In this document: in pieces, positions 54,372-63,514 of the stretch | Position numbering within the stretch: the stretch's first letter is position 1 | How the letters are laid out: each line of letters starts with the position of its first letter | DNA from: Candidatus Levybacteria bacterium RIFCSPHIGHO2_02_FULL_40_18 | GTDB taxonomy: Bacteria > Patescibacteriota > Microgenomatia > Levybacterales > GWA1-39-11 | DNA: 64,000 nt | Assembly: GCA_001782235.1 (NCBI GenBank) | Contig: MFOC01000007.1 | Span: 86,799 to 150,798 of the forward strand | Reading direction: 5' to 3' | Position numbers and translations under genes: made by a program | The notes under the pieces: model-generated | Told to the model about the DNA's origin: nothing | The model's database searches: none | What the model saw: the letters and a program-made list of their open reading frames with translations, nothing else

Positions 54372-56789
54372 CTAAATGGAGCCGCCAGGTCCGAGCCTTC
54401 CTTCTGGGCCTTTGTCAACGCTTGATTGAATATCGCCAAGCACTTCGTATAATCGCGATCTCTTAGCAATTTCTGCCTCAACCAATTCTTTTTGTTTTCC
54501 GTATTTGAGTCTTGATAATTCTCTAATTAATTCTGCGACTCTTGGATTTTCAAGCTTTTTCTCGGCAACCAAATCTCGAGTTAAGTCCAATGAAAATGGC
54601 GTGGTAGGCTCAGAATTAATCAGAGTTTTTACGTATGCATGGAATCTTTCAACATTAATTAAATCCGCTTCGTTAAACACCGGTTGAAATTCATGTTGCA
54701 GGTAATTTGCATCAGAAACTCCTACCCGAAATGAAATTAATGTTCCGACATTTCCAAAGATTGCGTTTTTAACATCCTCCTCAATTTGACCGATAAACTG
54801 GTTCGCAACCGTTAGGTTTAATCTATATTTTCGGGCCTCTGACAAAATTTGTCCAAAATCGGGAGTCGCAAAATTCTGAAACTCATCAACGTAAAGATAG
54901 AAATCCCTACGTTGGTCTTGCGGCACATCTTGCCTTGACATTGCTGCGGCAAGAATTTTTGGAACCAAAATTAAACCCAAGAAGGAGGAATTATCTTCTC
55001 CAATTTTTCCTTTGGCAAGAGAGATAAGTAAAATCTTTCCCTGGTCCATAACTTCTCGCAGTGAAAATGCGCTTTTTGATTGCCCTATGATATTTCTCAT
55101 CATGCGGTTTGTGACAAAGCGGCCGAATTTTGAAACTATATAATCCAACACCTCAGACTTATGAAAATCTGAGGTTTGCGCAATCTGATCAGTCCAGTAG
55201 CGGCGAACAATTGGATCTTGAACTTTCGGCAAGAGCTCCTGCACAAAGGAAGAATCGGTTAGGACTCGGACAACCTCAACAAAAGTATTCCCCGGCTCTG
55301 ACATAACAGTGTACATGGCATTTCTTATAGCATGCTCAAAACGCGGTCCAATAATGCCAGTTTTATTAGGATCATATAATTTGTACATAAGTCCTATTAT
55401 TGACGTAATTATTAGGTCTTTTTGCTCTTCGGTTTGAACGTCCAACATGTTTAGTCCCATTGGGCGTTCCGTGTCTCCCGGATCAAAAAGAATTACGTCT
55501 TCTGCGCGCTCCGGAGGAATGAGAGGCAAGAGCATATCGATTGTGTCATGAGGATCAATAAAACAAACTCCATATCCAGCGCGAATGTCTTGTAAGATCA
55601 TGTCTTTTAAAAATTCTGATTTTCCTACGCCTGTCTTACCTATAATATACATATGACGGCGTCTGTCATCCTCCCCGATATAAACAGGCCGCGAGATCCC
55701 GCGATAAATGCTTTTCCCAGTGTATAATCCGGCGGAAGGAATATTTGCGGGTGCAGGCGCGACTCGGGCACCTAGCCAATGGATAGCAGGTGTCTCAACC
55801 GTTTTATTTGGAAAATGAAAAATTGTTGCAAGTTCATCTGTTGTTAAAACTCCGGGGTTGTTTGGCACAAGCGGAAGTTGACGATAGATAAAATCAATCA
55901 TTGCCATTCCCTTAAACAATCTATGCTTCACTTTTTCAAAGGAGTTAAAAGAAGAGAACTGTGAGAATGAGCCCACAATATTTGTAAGATGTGCTTCTGC
56001 GGATTCCTTTGTTGAAGAAGCAGTAAGGATTCTAACATGCGTTTCAAATCCGGGCTTTGTAATCTTTTGCTCAATTGCCTCAAGTTCTTTTTGATCAACC
56101 GAGTATTTTGCAGTTTCAGGATTCGCCTCTCTCTTTTTAGTGGTTGTAATGTATGATCGGCCGCTTTTTTTCCAAGCGTCGCCGGTAAGGGTTATCAAAA
56201 TTTGTAAAGCCGCAGCTTCTCCTTCCTGCATTTTTCCTAATGTGCTTGTAATTGATGAAAGAGGATCAACCGGAAGATCCTTATAGGTTTTTATTGGAAG
56301 ATAATGAGCTTTTGAGAGCTTTAGTTGTGCGTAGGCGATTTTACCTGGATTTTCAAAAAGATTATATTCTTCAACCTGAAGAATCTGCGCGTCTGGATAG
56401 CTTCCATGAATCTGCTTTTCAACCATGTCGCGAAGCCTATTTGGCACGCCAACATAAAATCTTATATCTTGAGGTTTTGCGACTATTTCAAAAGATATAA
56501 TGTCGGGAACTTTAAGAAATCCAAAAATTCCCTTAGTTCCTGCGATTGAAGTAAGACCTGAGAATAATTGATCTGCAGCGTCTATTTTTATCTCGTTTTC
56601 GCGTGGGAGTGATACCTCAAGAAGAGATGAGTCAAGAGCCTTCTCGTGTCTTTCTTGGGATTTTCGCCAAAACCCTAATGCCAAAAAAATCCCTAACAGG
56701 CACGCAATAACTACGGATGCCATTAAAAAGGCTAGGAGAAAAACAAAGACTAGATTAATAATGGCTTGCGAAAAAGCATCAAGCTGCAC
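54372..56789 (-). CDS. VirD4/TraG-family type IV coupling-protein-like ATPase, with N-terminal TM helices and a roughly 350-aa pre-ATPase domain
   Basis: Walker A YIIGKTGVGKSEF followed by GVCFIDPHDTID (T4CP-like xIDPxGD). Walker B FYLYVDEFQNF. Confidence 0.6.
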   Translation of the reverse strand: MQLDAFSQAIINLVFVFLLAFLMASVVIACLLGIFLALGFWRKSQERHEKALDSSLLEVSLPRENEIKIDAADQLFSGLTSIAGTKGIFGFLKVPDIISFEIVAKPQDIRFYVGVPNRLRDMVEKQIHGSYPDAQILQVEEYNLFENPGKIAYAQLKLSKAHYLPIKTYKDLPVDPLSSITSTLGKMQEGEAAALQILITLTGDAWKKSGRSYITTTKKREANPETAKYSVDQKELEAIEQKITKPGFETHVRILTASSTKESAEAHLTNIVGSFSQFSSFNSFEKVKHRLFKGMAMIDFIYRQLPLVPNNPGVLTTDELATIFHFPNKTVETPAIHWLGARVAPAPANIPSAGLYTGKSIYRGISRPVYIGEDDRRRHMYIIGKTGVGKSEFLKDMILQDIRAGYGVCFIDPHDTIDMLLPLIPPERAEDVILFDPGDTERPMGLNMLDVQTEEQKDLIITSIIGLMYKLYDPNKTGIIGPRFEHAIRNAMYTVMSEPGNTFVEVVRVLTDSSFVQELLPKVQDPIVRRYWTDQIAQTSDFHKSEVLDYIVSKFGRFVTNRMMRNIIGQSKSAFSLREVMDQGKILLISLAKGKIGEDNSSFLGLILVPKILAAAMSRQDVPQDQRRDFYLYVDEFQNFATPDFGQILSEARKYRLNLTVANQFIGQIEEDVKNAIFGNVGTLISFRVGVSDANYLQHEFQPVFNEADLINVERFHAYVKTLINSEPTTPFSLDLTRDLVAEKKLENPRVAELIRELSRLKYGKQKELVEAEIAKRSRLYEVLGDIQSSVDKGPEGRLGPGGSI

Positions 56790-57114
56790 GTTCTCTCCTT
56801 TCCTGTTGTTTTCTCATAAATATTGAGCCCCAAAAAGAAGGATCATCAAATTTCCCAGGTCCCTGTGCTCTAGGGGGTTTAACTGTAGCCTCTGATTTTA
56901 TTTCGAACTGTGAGGAATCAAGAGCTTGAGGCTCTGTTGAAACTTGCGTAAGTTCTCCCCTTGTCTCCACACCGTGCGATGAAAGCTCTGAATGAATTCT
57001 TGCTAAATGTTCCATATCGCTTACTGTTTCGACATGAGGCGAAACTTCAGGAGGAACAAAAGGCGTAACCGCTTCAGCGCTTGGTTTTACAATTTCTTTT
57101 GTGCTGTCTGGCAT
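56779..57114 (-). CDS. Small hypothetical protein immediately upstream of the coupling-protein gene. Start trimmed to an internal Met to avoid the tRNA.
   Basis: ORF only. The longer ORF-track version overlaps tRNA-Ser. Confidence 0.3.
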   Translation of the reverse strand: MPDSTKEIVKPSAEAVTPFVPPEVSPHVETVSDMEHLARIHSELSSHGVETRGELTQVSTEPQALDSSQFEIKSEATVKPPRAQGPGKFDDPSFWGSIFMRKQQERRERAA

Positions 57115-57197
57115 GGATACATGATAGCACAAGAGCCGTTCGGCGGCAACCAAACCAGCCTCATAAAAAGGTAACAAAAAGGCAACAAAAATGAGGG

Positions 57198-57281
57198 CGG
57201 AGGGTGTGGGAGTCGAACCCACTAGCCCCTTGCGGGGCGTGGTTTAGCAAACCACTCTCGTGACCGTCTGAGTCACCCTCC
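57198..57281 (-). tRNA. tRNA-Ser (anticodon GCU), type II with long variable arm, CCA not encoded
   Basis: Acceptor GGAGGGU/ACCCUCC, anticodon arm GUGGU-UUGCUAA-ACCAC, variable hairpin GCCCC-GCAA-GGGGC, T GUGGG-UUCGACU-CCCAC. Confidence 0.75.
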
Positions 57282-57300
57282 AAAACTAGAACGGAGTGTG

Positions 57301-57385
57301 CGGAGGGTACAGGATTCGAACCTGTGAAGGGATTGCTCCCTCGAGTTTTCAAGACTCGCGCAATTGGCCTCTATGCGAACCCTCC
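57301..57385 (-). tRNA. tRNA-Ser (anticodon UGA), type II, CCA not encoded
   Basis: Acceptor GGAGGGU/ACCCUCC, anticodon arm CGAGU-CUUGAAA-ACUCG, variable hairpin GGGA-GCAA-UCCC, T ACAGG-UUCGAAU-CCUGU. Confidence 0.75.
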
Positions 57386-57398
57386 ATTTGACCTCAAT

Positions 57399-57427
57399 AT
57401 TATATCCGATTACGCTCTACCGAACAA
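57399..57427 (-). promoter_or_regulatory. Promoter for the tRNA-Ser pair: TTGTTC, 17-nt spacer, TATAAT. The TATAAT lies 13 nt upstream of the tRNA 5' end.
   Basis: Minus-strand reading TTGTTCGGTAGAGCGTAATCGGATATAAT. Confidence 0.5.
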
Positions 57428-57473
57428 GCTCGCGGGGCTTGACCAAGAATTAATATATTGATACGATGACTTT

Positions 57474-57956
57474 ATGGACGTATTCGGTTTTCTTTTAAGT
57501 AAGCCTGTTTTAATAGGTCTTCATCTTGGGTTTGCGATTGTTGGAATTGATGCATTTTTATGGCTTTTTGGTGAGCTGAAAAACAGAACTTGGAACACAA
57601 GACACATTCGCATAACCGCAGTTATCGGCGTTGTGGGATTTGTTTTAAGTTGGATCTTTGGAGGATACTACTATGTGGCATATTACGGCTCTTTGGTTAA
57701 GCCTGTGATTAAAAGCGGTCTTGCGCCTTGGGCACACAACATCATTATGGAAACAAAAGAGCATATCTTCCTCTTCATCGTACCCCTTGCTATAACTGCT
57801 ATTACAATTGCTTTTCTTAATCAGGATGAATTTCAAAAGTTAAATATTCGTCGTTCAACATTCTTATTGGTAGGTTTTGTTGCCGTTTTGGGACTTACAG
57901 TCGGTCTTATGGGCTTTATTATCTCATCGGCCGCACGCTGGGGAGCGCTGCAATAA
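57474..57956 (+). CDS. Hypothetical four-TM membrane protein
   Basis: ORF with four hydrophobic helices. Confidence 0.45.
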   Translation: MDVFGFLLSKPVLIGLHLGFAIVGIDAFLWLFGELKNRTWNTRHIRITAVIGVVGFVLSWIFGGYYYVAYYGSLVKPVIKSGLAPWAHNIIMETKEHIFLFIVPLAITAITIAFLNQDEFQKLNIRRSTFLLVGFVAVLGLTVGLMGFIISSAARWGALQ

Positions 57957-57958
57957 AA

Positions 57959-58279
57959 ATGAAAAAATCTCGTGTTATTTATGCTTCATCAATTGCTGCT
58001 TTTATAAATGCTGTTTTTGTGACGGCAATTACCATATCTGCAGAGCTTAGCGTGGCATTTAAGAGTTGGCTACAAGAGATATCGGGCCATCACTGGGTCT
58101 CAAAAAGCATACTCGCGATGGCGCTTTACACAATAATATTGCTTCTCGTATATACGATTTCCCAAGATGTAAGTTCAAAAAAAGTAAGAAATGCAGTATA
58201 TTTTGCTACCTGGTCAGCCTTCGCCGGGGCAATTGTGATTTTTGCCTTCTTCGCTGGTCATCACCTCAAGTTGTATTAA
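57959..58279 (+). CDS. Hypothetical three-TM membrane protein
   Basis: ORF; hydrophobic. Confidence 0.4.
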   Translation: MKKSRVIYASSIAAFINAVFVTAITISAELSVAFKSWLQEISGHHWVSKSILAMALYTIILLLVYTISQDVSSKKVRNAVYFATWSAFAGAIVIFAFFAGHHLKLY

Positions 58280-58290
58280 AAATATTACGG

Positions 58291-58851
58291 TTAGAGTTTT
58301 ATGAATCGAGAGGCCAGGAGTACAAGAATTACACCTGAGACATTTAGAATAAATGAAAGAAGTAAAAAGGTTCTGGTCTTCATTTTTGAGATTCCCATGA
58401 GCGTCACGCCCACCTCATCGGGAAGTGGCGATGCAATCACTATTGCCCCAAAAACCGGAAACATCCAGCGGAAATGTTTTGTATGAAGAAGTTTTATTAA
58501 GTGGTGGTTGTGATCCATGCTGTCATAAATAGGTTTTATTTCAGTGACGAGCCTATCCTTAACAAATCGAAATAGCATAAAATCTCCAAAAACTCCACCG
58601 GCGCCTGCAATTATTCCTATCAGTGGAAGACTCAATTTTTCTGCTAAAATCAAAAGAGTTACGACACCCGTAGAAAAACCAAAAGTTGACACAAAGAGCA
58701 TTCCGGCAAAGAAGGCTCCTGCATATCCGTAATTGCCTAGATTTAGGAGAAGTTGATGGAACGGTTCAAATCTTCCTAAGAAAAAGGCAAAGGTTAGAGA
58801 AACAAAAAGAAAAGTAAGGTTTTTATATTTCCAGGATTGCCAAAAGCTCAT
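58291..58851 (-). CDS. Polytopic membrane protein (DedA/VTT-like, uncertain)
   Basis: Multi-TM with Gly-rich IGIIAGAGGVFGDFMLF segment. Confidence 0.4.
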   Translation of the reverse strand: MSFWQSWKYKNLTFLFVSLTFAFFLGRFEPFHQLLLNLGNYGYAGAFFAGMLFVSTFGFSTGVVTLLILAEKLSLPLIGIIAGAGGVFGDFMLFRFVKDRLVTEIKPIYDSMDHNHHLIKLLHTKHFRWMFPVFGAIVIASPLPDEVGVTLMGISKMKTRTFLLLSFILNVSGVILVLLASRFIKL

Positions 58852-58922
58852 TTTATTCTTAAGTATAACAAAAAGGAAGTATAGTCAATTTGTCTTTCGA
58901 CAAATTAACCAAACGAAGACGA

Positions 58923-59165
58923 TTACAGGATGGCCGGAATTCTTATAGATGCAAGCGTATTTGCGAGCACTAGCGCTATTATGACCGCTACGGTAAATGC
59001 AATTAATACATTTATTTCAAGCGCTCTTTTTAAAAATCGAGGCATGCTAAATCCCAGCCTGTAATTTGCGCTGTATATCCTAAAAGAATAGAGAACATTA
59101 AACATTACCAAGAATACGGCAGTCGCAAAAAACAGAGAATACACGATAAGTTTCACAAATTCCAA
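58923..59165 (-). CDS. Small two-TM membrane protein downstream of and overlapping the second bPH_2 gene
   Basis: ORF only. Confidence 0.3.
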   Translation of the reverse strand: MEFVKLIVYSLFFATAVFLVMFNVLYSFRIYSANYRLGFSMPRFLKRALEINVLIAFTVAVIIALVLANTLASIRIPAIL

Positions 59166-59938
59166 ATTGTTTCACCTCCCTCCGGGCCAGAGGTCCTCAA
59201 GGGCGGGTGGCTTTTCTGTCCGTTAAAACCCTGATTCTTAATTTCTTCTACGTATTTCCATTTCCCCTCTTGATCCTTATCTTTTAAATACCAAGCATTA
59301 GCATCTTTTACCTGGCTATTTACATAAGGGTTAGTGGGGCTCAAAGTTCTATGTAGATGGGATTCTATTTTTTTGGGATTGGGAATAGAGGTAAAGACGA
59401 ATTCCACTTGGTGGGTGGGTCTATCGAAAGTTATTATTACGTCTCCAACGTCCAATAACTCATTAATAATCCCCTCAATCCTCGTATCAATTTCCGTGCA
59501 TCTGACTTGGTCAAGAAGGACCTCATTAACATGGCGAGCCGAAAGAGGCCTGTAGGCTACCTCGGTGATTTTTCTGTTTGTTACAATATACAAATTGAAG
59601 TACCAATCTACTATGGATTTGAGCACCATGGTGAATGTAAATATGAATATCAATGAGAACGCGATGATAATAAGCGGCAGAAGACTTGGGAAAAAGGGAT
59701 ATAGAACAAGGAATATAATGAAGGAAAGAAGTACAATAGCAACTGCGAATAGGGAGGGGAATACAAATATTGACCAATGCTTTCTCTGGACAAGAATGAG
59801 TTCTTCTCCTGGGAGGGTAAGGAATTTTGATTTAATCGCTCTGGCAGCGCGAATTTCTTTTTCAGGCATATCTTTCCTCCTTTCTTTCGAAATGCCTATT
59901 CTAGTTGTTATCCTCCGTCCATAAGTTTGAAAAAGCAC
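59153..59938 (-). CDS. Bacterial PH-domain (bPH_2) membrane protein, paralog of the gene at 51582-52217
   Basis: VTNRKITEVAYRPLSARHVNEVLLDQVRCTEID...LDVGDVIITF. Confidence 0.55.
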   Translation of the reverse strand: MLFQTYGRRITTRIGISKERRKDMPEKEIRAARAIKSKFLTLPGEELILVQRKHWSIFVFPSLFAVAIVLLSFIIFLVLYPFFPSLLPLIIIAFSLIFIFTFTMVLKSIVDWYFNLYIVTNRKITEVAYRPLSARHVNEVLLDQVRCTEIDTRIEGIINELLDVGDVIITFDRPTHQVEFVFTSIPNPKKIESHLHRTLSPTNPYVNSQVKDANAWYLKDKDQEGKWKYVEEIKNQGFNGQKSHPPLRTSGPEGGETIWNL

Positions 59939-60034
59939 CTTGTTTATACTCTATGAAAAATATTCATTCAGTAAACAACATTACCCATAAATTGTAATCT
60001 TACTTACATTTTAGGCATGTGATATAATTGCTTT

Positions 60035-60688
60035 ATGGAAGAAGGGGAACAAAAGCTTTTAAAGTTTTTTTCAAAATTTCGGAAGCTCGATTATAAAAAA
60101 CATGAGGTTATTATTCGCGCAGACGAAATCCCACAAGGAGTTTACTATCTTAAAAAAGGATATGTAAGATTATACTCTATATCAGAAGCTGGCCAAGAAT
60201 TAACCCTCATCATATTTAAACCTAATGATGTGTTCCCAATAAGATGGGCGATAACAGACGCCTCTCCATACTATTTTGATACTTTGACGCCCATTGAGGT
60301 GATGAGAGCTCCAAGAGAACAATTTTTAGAGTTCCTTCAGCAAGATCCTGAGGTGCTATATAAAGTGTTAAGTAATATTTTAATAAGACTTGGAGGTCTT
60401 CTTGAGCGAATGGAGTATCTTATTTTTGGGGATGCGCATCAGAAAGTTGCCTCAATTCTTGTAATATGCGCAGAAAGATTTGGCATAACAAGCATTAGAG
60501 GAATTATTATTAGAGTCCCTCTAACTCATAAAGACATAGCAAATCTGATAGGACTAACGCGGGAGACTACAAGCATTGAAATTAAGAAGCTTGAGAAACT
60601 CAGGGTTCTTAAGAAAGAAAGCGGAAGATTTTTGATTAAAAATGTCACGAAATTAAAACAAGAGGCAAACTGGTACAAATTCGGATAA
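60035..60688 (+). CDS. Crp/Fnr-family transcriptional regulator
   Basis: cNMP-binding beta-barrel (GQELTLIIFKPNDVFP); C-terminal HTH THKDIANLIGLTRETTSIEIKKLEK. Confidence 0.8.
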   Translation: MEEGEQKLLKFFSKFRKLDYKKHEVIIRADEIPQGVYYLKKGYVRLYSISEAGQELTLIIFKPNDVFPIRWAITDASPYYFDTLTPIEVMRAPREQFLEFLQQDPEVLYKVLSNILIRLGGLLERMEYLIFGDAHQKVASILVICAERFGITSIRGIIIRVPLTHKDIANLIGLTRETTSIEIKKLEKLRVLKKESGRFLIKNVTKLKQEANWYKFG

Positions 60689-60750
60689 GTTATTGACAAA
60701 CATCAAGTCGCCTGCTAGTATTACCTTGCTTCTGCCCGAACAATAATCAT

Positions 60751-62283
60751 ATGTCGTTCCGAGGCATTGAAGGAGATCCGCGACAAAGAGGAGCACAGGA
60801 ACCCCAACGCCCCCAGATTGGCACTGAGTTTGATTTCGGAGGCGTAAAAGAGAGCGTTGTTACACGTGATGATTTTCCCCTCGAACAGGCAAGACAGGTT
60901 TTAGGGAAGGAAACGATAGCAGTTGTTGGCTATGGAGTACAGGGGCCGGCCCAAAGCTTAAATCTCCGCGATAATGGTTTCAATGTTATAATTGGACAAA
61001 GGGAAGGTAGGACATATGACAAGGCGCTAGAAGACGGATGGATCCCTGGAGTTAGTCTTTTTTCGATTGAAGAAGCAATAAAACGGTCTACGCAACCGGA
61101 AAGGCCGTTAAAACCCGGACAGATACAGTATTTACTTTCAGATGCTGGACAAAAAGACCAATGGCCAAATATAAGAGACCTACTTTCATCTGGTGCTAGC
61201 CTTTATTTTTCTCACGGATTTGGATTCACTTTTCGAGAACAAACAGGGATTAACCCTCCGGAAGAAATTGACGTTATACTAGTTGCTCCAAAAGGAGCAG
61301 GGAGAAGTGTCCGCGAACATTTCCAAGCAGGGCGCGGAATAAATTCAAGCTATGCCGTTGGGCAAGACGCAACAGGCAGGGCACTTGAGAGAACTCTTGC
61401 AACGGGAATGGCAATCGGCTCTGGATTTTTATTCGAGACGACTTTTGAAGATGAAGTATTTTCTGACTTAACAGGAGAACGGGGGGTATTACTCGGAGCT
61501 GTCTATGGGCTTTGGCAGGGCGCCTACAATGTTTTGCGCCAAAACAATTTATCACCTCACGATGCAGTGCTTCATACGGTCGAGATTTCTACTCAAACAA
61601 TATCGAAAATTATCGGAGAAAAAGGCGGAGACGGTTTATTAAAAGATTTGCCGCCCAATTTAGTTCCTTACTTTTTAGGCGGGCTTAGAAGTGCGTTTGA
61701 AAGAAGCAGGTCGGTCTTTGAAGATCTATATGGAAAAGTCGCGACAGGAGTTGAGGTAACAAGAGTGCTTGAAGCAAACAGCAAGCCTGATTACCGTGAG
61801 ACATTAAATAGAGAGCTTGCCGAAATAGCCGGCTCAGAATTCGGACGCGCTGCAACAAACATAAGAGAAAGAAGAAAGGATGGCCCTACTGTTGCGGAGA
61901 AAATTGAAAACAGATTCGACGCGGTTATGGCAGGAGCACTTATTGGAATAATGCACGCGCAGTATGACCTTTTTAGGGAAAAAGGTCATAAACCAAGCGA
62001 AGCATTTAATGAGACGGTTGAAGAGGCAACGCAAAGTTTGTACCCTTTGGTTGACAGAAACGGAATTGACTGGATGTATGCGAACTGCTCAACTACAGCG
62101 CAACGAGGCGCGCTTGACTGGAACGGCCGCTTTAGAAGTGTTCTTGAGAGAGGATTTGTTGATGCATATCAAGAGCGCGTTGTATCTCAAAGTCTTCTGG
62201 ATTATATTATGGATTCTGAAATGTGGAAGGCCGGAGAAACCGTCCGCTATCTTAGGCCTGAGAACCAGAGACTTGTTCGTTGA
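60751..62283 (+). CDS. ilvC: Ketol-acid reductoisomerase, long (class II) form
   Basis: NADPH-binding IAVVGYGVQGPAQSLNLRDNGFNVIIGQREG; length about 510 aa. Confidence 0.8.
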   Translation: MSFRGIEGDPRQRGAQEPQRPQIGTEFDFGGVKESVVTRDDFPLEQARQVLGKETIAVVGYGVQGPAQSLNLRDNGFNVIIGQREGRTYDKALEDGWIPGVSLFSIEEAIKRSTQPERPLKPGQIQYLLSDAGQKDQWPNIRDLLSSGASLYFSHGFGFTFREQTGINPPEEIDVILVAPKGAGRSVREHFQAGRGINSSYAVGQDATGRALERTLATGMAIGSGFLFETTFEDEVFSDLTGERGVLLGAVYGLWQGAYNVLRQNNLSPHDAVLHTVEISTQTISKIIGEKGGDGLLKDLPPNLVPYFLGGLRSAFERSRSVFEDLYGKVATGVEVTRVLEANSKPDYRETLNRELAEIAGSEFGRAATNIRERRKDGPTVAEKIENRFDAVMAGALIGIMHAQYDLFREKGHKPSEAFNETVEEATQSLYPLVDRNGIDWMYANCSTTAQRGALDWNGRFRSVLERGFVDAYQERVVSQSLLDYIMDSEMWKAGETVRYLRPENQRLVR

Positions 62284-62683
62284 CCTCTTCGATTTCGTCG
62301 TATCCTGTAAAGCCGGGAATCATTCTTGATGTTAAAAACAAAGGTCTCAAGCCATGATTTTTGATACCAAAAACTTCATAAGGCTCGATTGTAATAGTTA
62401 AAAGTTCGTTTAAAATCCTCTGCGAATTATTCGCTCGTAAAATTTCAAAATCTCCTGGTTCTTGAAAATTTATTTGTTCCCGCCATTCGGGTTCTCTCTT
62501 GTGGAGGTGTCTTGGAATTTGAGAATTCGGATTTACTTTTAACGCAAAGACGGAGAAAAAGGGCATATCAGGGTTTTCTGGATTAATTTCCTCAGCCAGC
62601 TTAAAAAGAAAAACTCCCGGGTATGGAGTTTCCTTCCAGTCAAGTTCCTCCCAATCAGGCACCCCAACCGCTTCCTGTTTCAT
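62252..62683 (-). CDS. Hypothetical protein, possibly cupin-like. Its 3' end overlaps ilvC convergently.
   Basis: HLHKREPEW...INF...GDFEIL, weak cupin-like motifs. Confidence 0.4.
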   Translation of the reverse strand: MKQEAVGVPDWEELDWKETPYPGVFLFKLAEEINPENPDMPFFSVFALKVNPNSQIPRHLHKREPEWREQINFQEPGDFEILRANNSQRILNELLTITIEPYEVFGIKNHGLRPLFLTSRMIPGFTGYDEIEEVNEQVSGSQA

Positions 62684-62822
62684 ACACCGCGAGTATACTA
62701 CTTCCTCGCCACAATCACAATATTACTCCCTCTTCCACCTAAGCTTTTGCTATACTGGAAATATAGAACCAACAACTCGAGAAAATATAACAAGCACACC
62801 TTCTTCTGAGATTCAGTCTCAA

Positions 62823-63512
62823 ATGCCACCTCAGCCCGAAAAGCCAGCTTTTAATAAGCGAATAGTTGTTGTCTCTATAGCAGTTATCGCGCTTGTCATA
62901 ATCGCCGGAATTATAGGTTATATTTTCAAGGATTATCTTTTGGGAAATGCAGAACGAGAGAATCCGACCACAACAGTAGTTAACTTAGCTACGCCAACAC
63001 CAACCCCAGCGGATAATTTACCTAAGTCGACATTGTACAAAAATGAACAATTTCAATATGAATTGGAATATCCCACAAACTGGGAGGTTACTGAGGCTAA
63101 ACCGAGAATAGGAAATAAAGTAGAATGGGCAGGGGATATTCTTCTAGAGGGAGAGTTGCAAAAAGTAACATTTACAGAGGAGGAGAAAAAAGATTGGCCA
63201 GGAGAATTTCAAATTAGAGTTATGGAAAATTCCAATAATGACACAGTTGAAACCTGGATCGAAAATAATAAACCAAAGGCGGCTGGTGGGGCCAATTTAT
63301 TAAGAGGTACAGTTGATACGGTTTTAGACAACTCGGAAGCGAAAAGGCTGTCTATTTTTGGATTCGATAGGGAGATTACTGAACTAGTGGCTCTAAAAAA
63401 TGGCTACATTTATAAATTGATTTTTGATGGAGAGAATCCAAATGATCCTGATCGCGAGAAACATCAGAAGATTTATGAAAAAATGGTATCAAGCTTTAAA
63501 TTTACAAAATAG
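62823..63512 (+). CDS. N-terminally anchored hypothetical secreted or membrane protein
   Basis: One TM helix followed by a hydrophilic domain. Confidence 0.45.
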   Translation: MPPQPEKPAFNKRIVVVSIAVIALVIIAGIIGYIFKDYLLGNAERENPTTTVVNLATPTPTPADNLPKSTLYKNEQFQYELEYPTNWEVTEAKPRIGNKVEWAGDILLEGELQKVTFTEEEKKDWPGEFQIRVMENSNNDTVETWIENNKPKAAGGANLLRGTVDTVLDNSEAKRLSIFGFDREITELVALKNGYIYKLIFDGENPNDPDREKHQKIYEKMVSSFKFTK

Positions 63513-63514
63513 AC

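Noticed and set aside
20252-56789. Relaxase, integrase or transposase associated with the T4SS-like locus
   Set aside because: I looked for HxH/Tyr relaxase motifs, tyrosine/serine recombinase motifs and DDE motifs in all ORFs of the locus and found none. The locus cannot be called an ICE or plasmid on this evidence.
57198-57222. ORF 56779..57222 as annotated in the six-frame track
   Set aside because: Its 5' end overlaps tRNA-Ser(GCU). Trimmed to an internal Met with low confidence.
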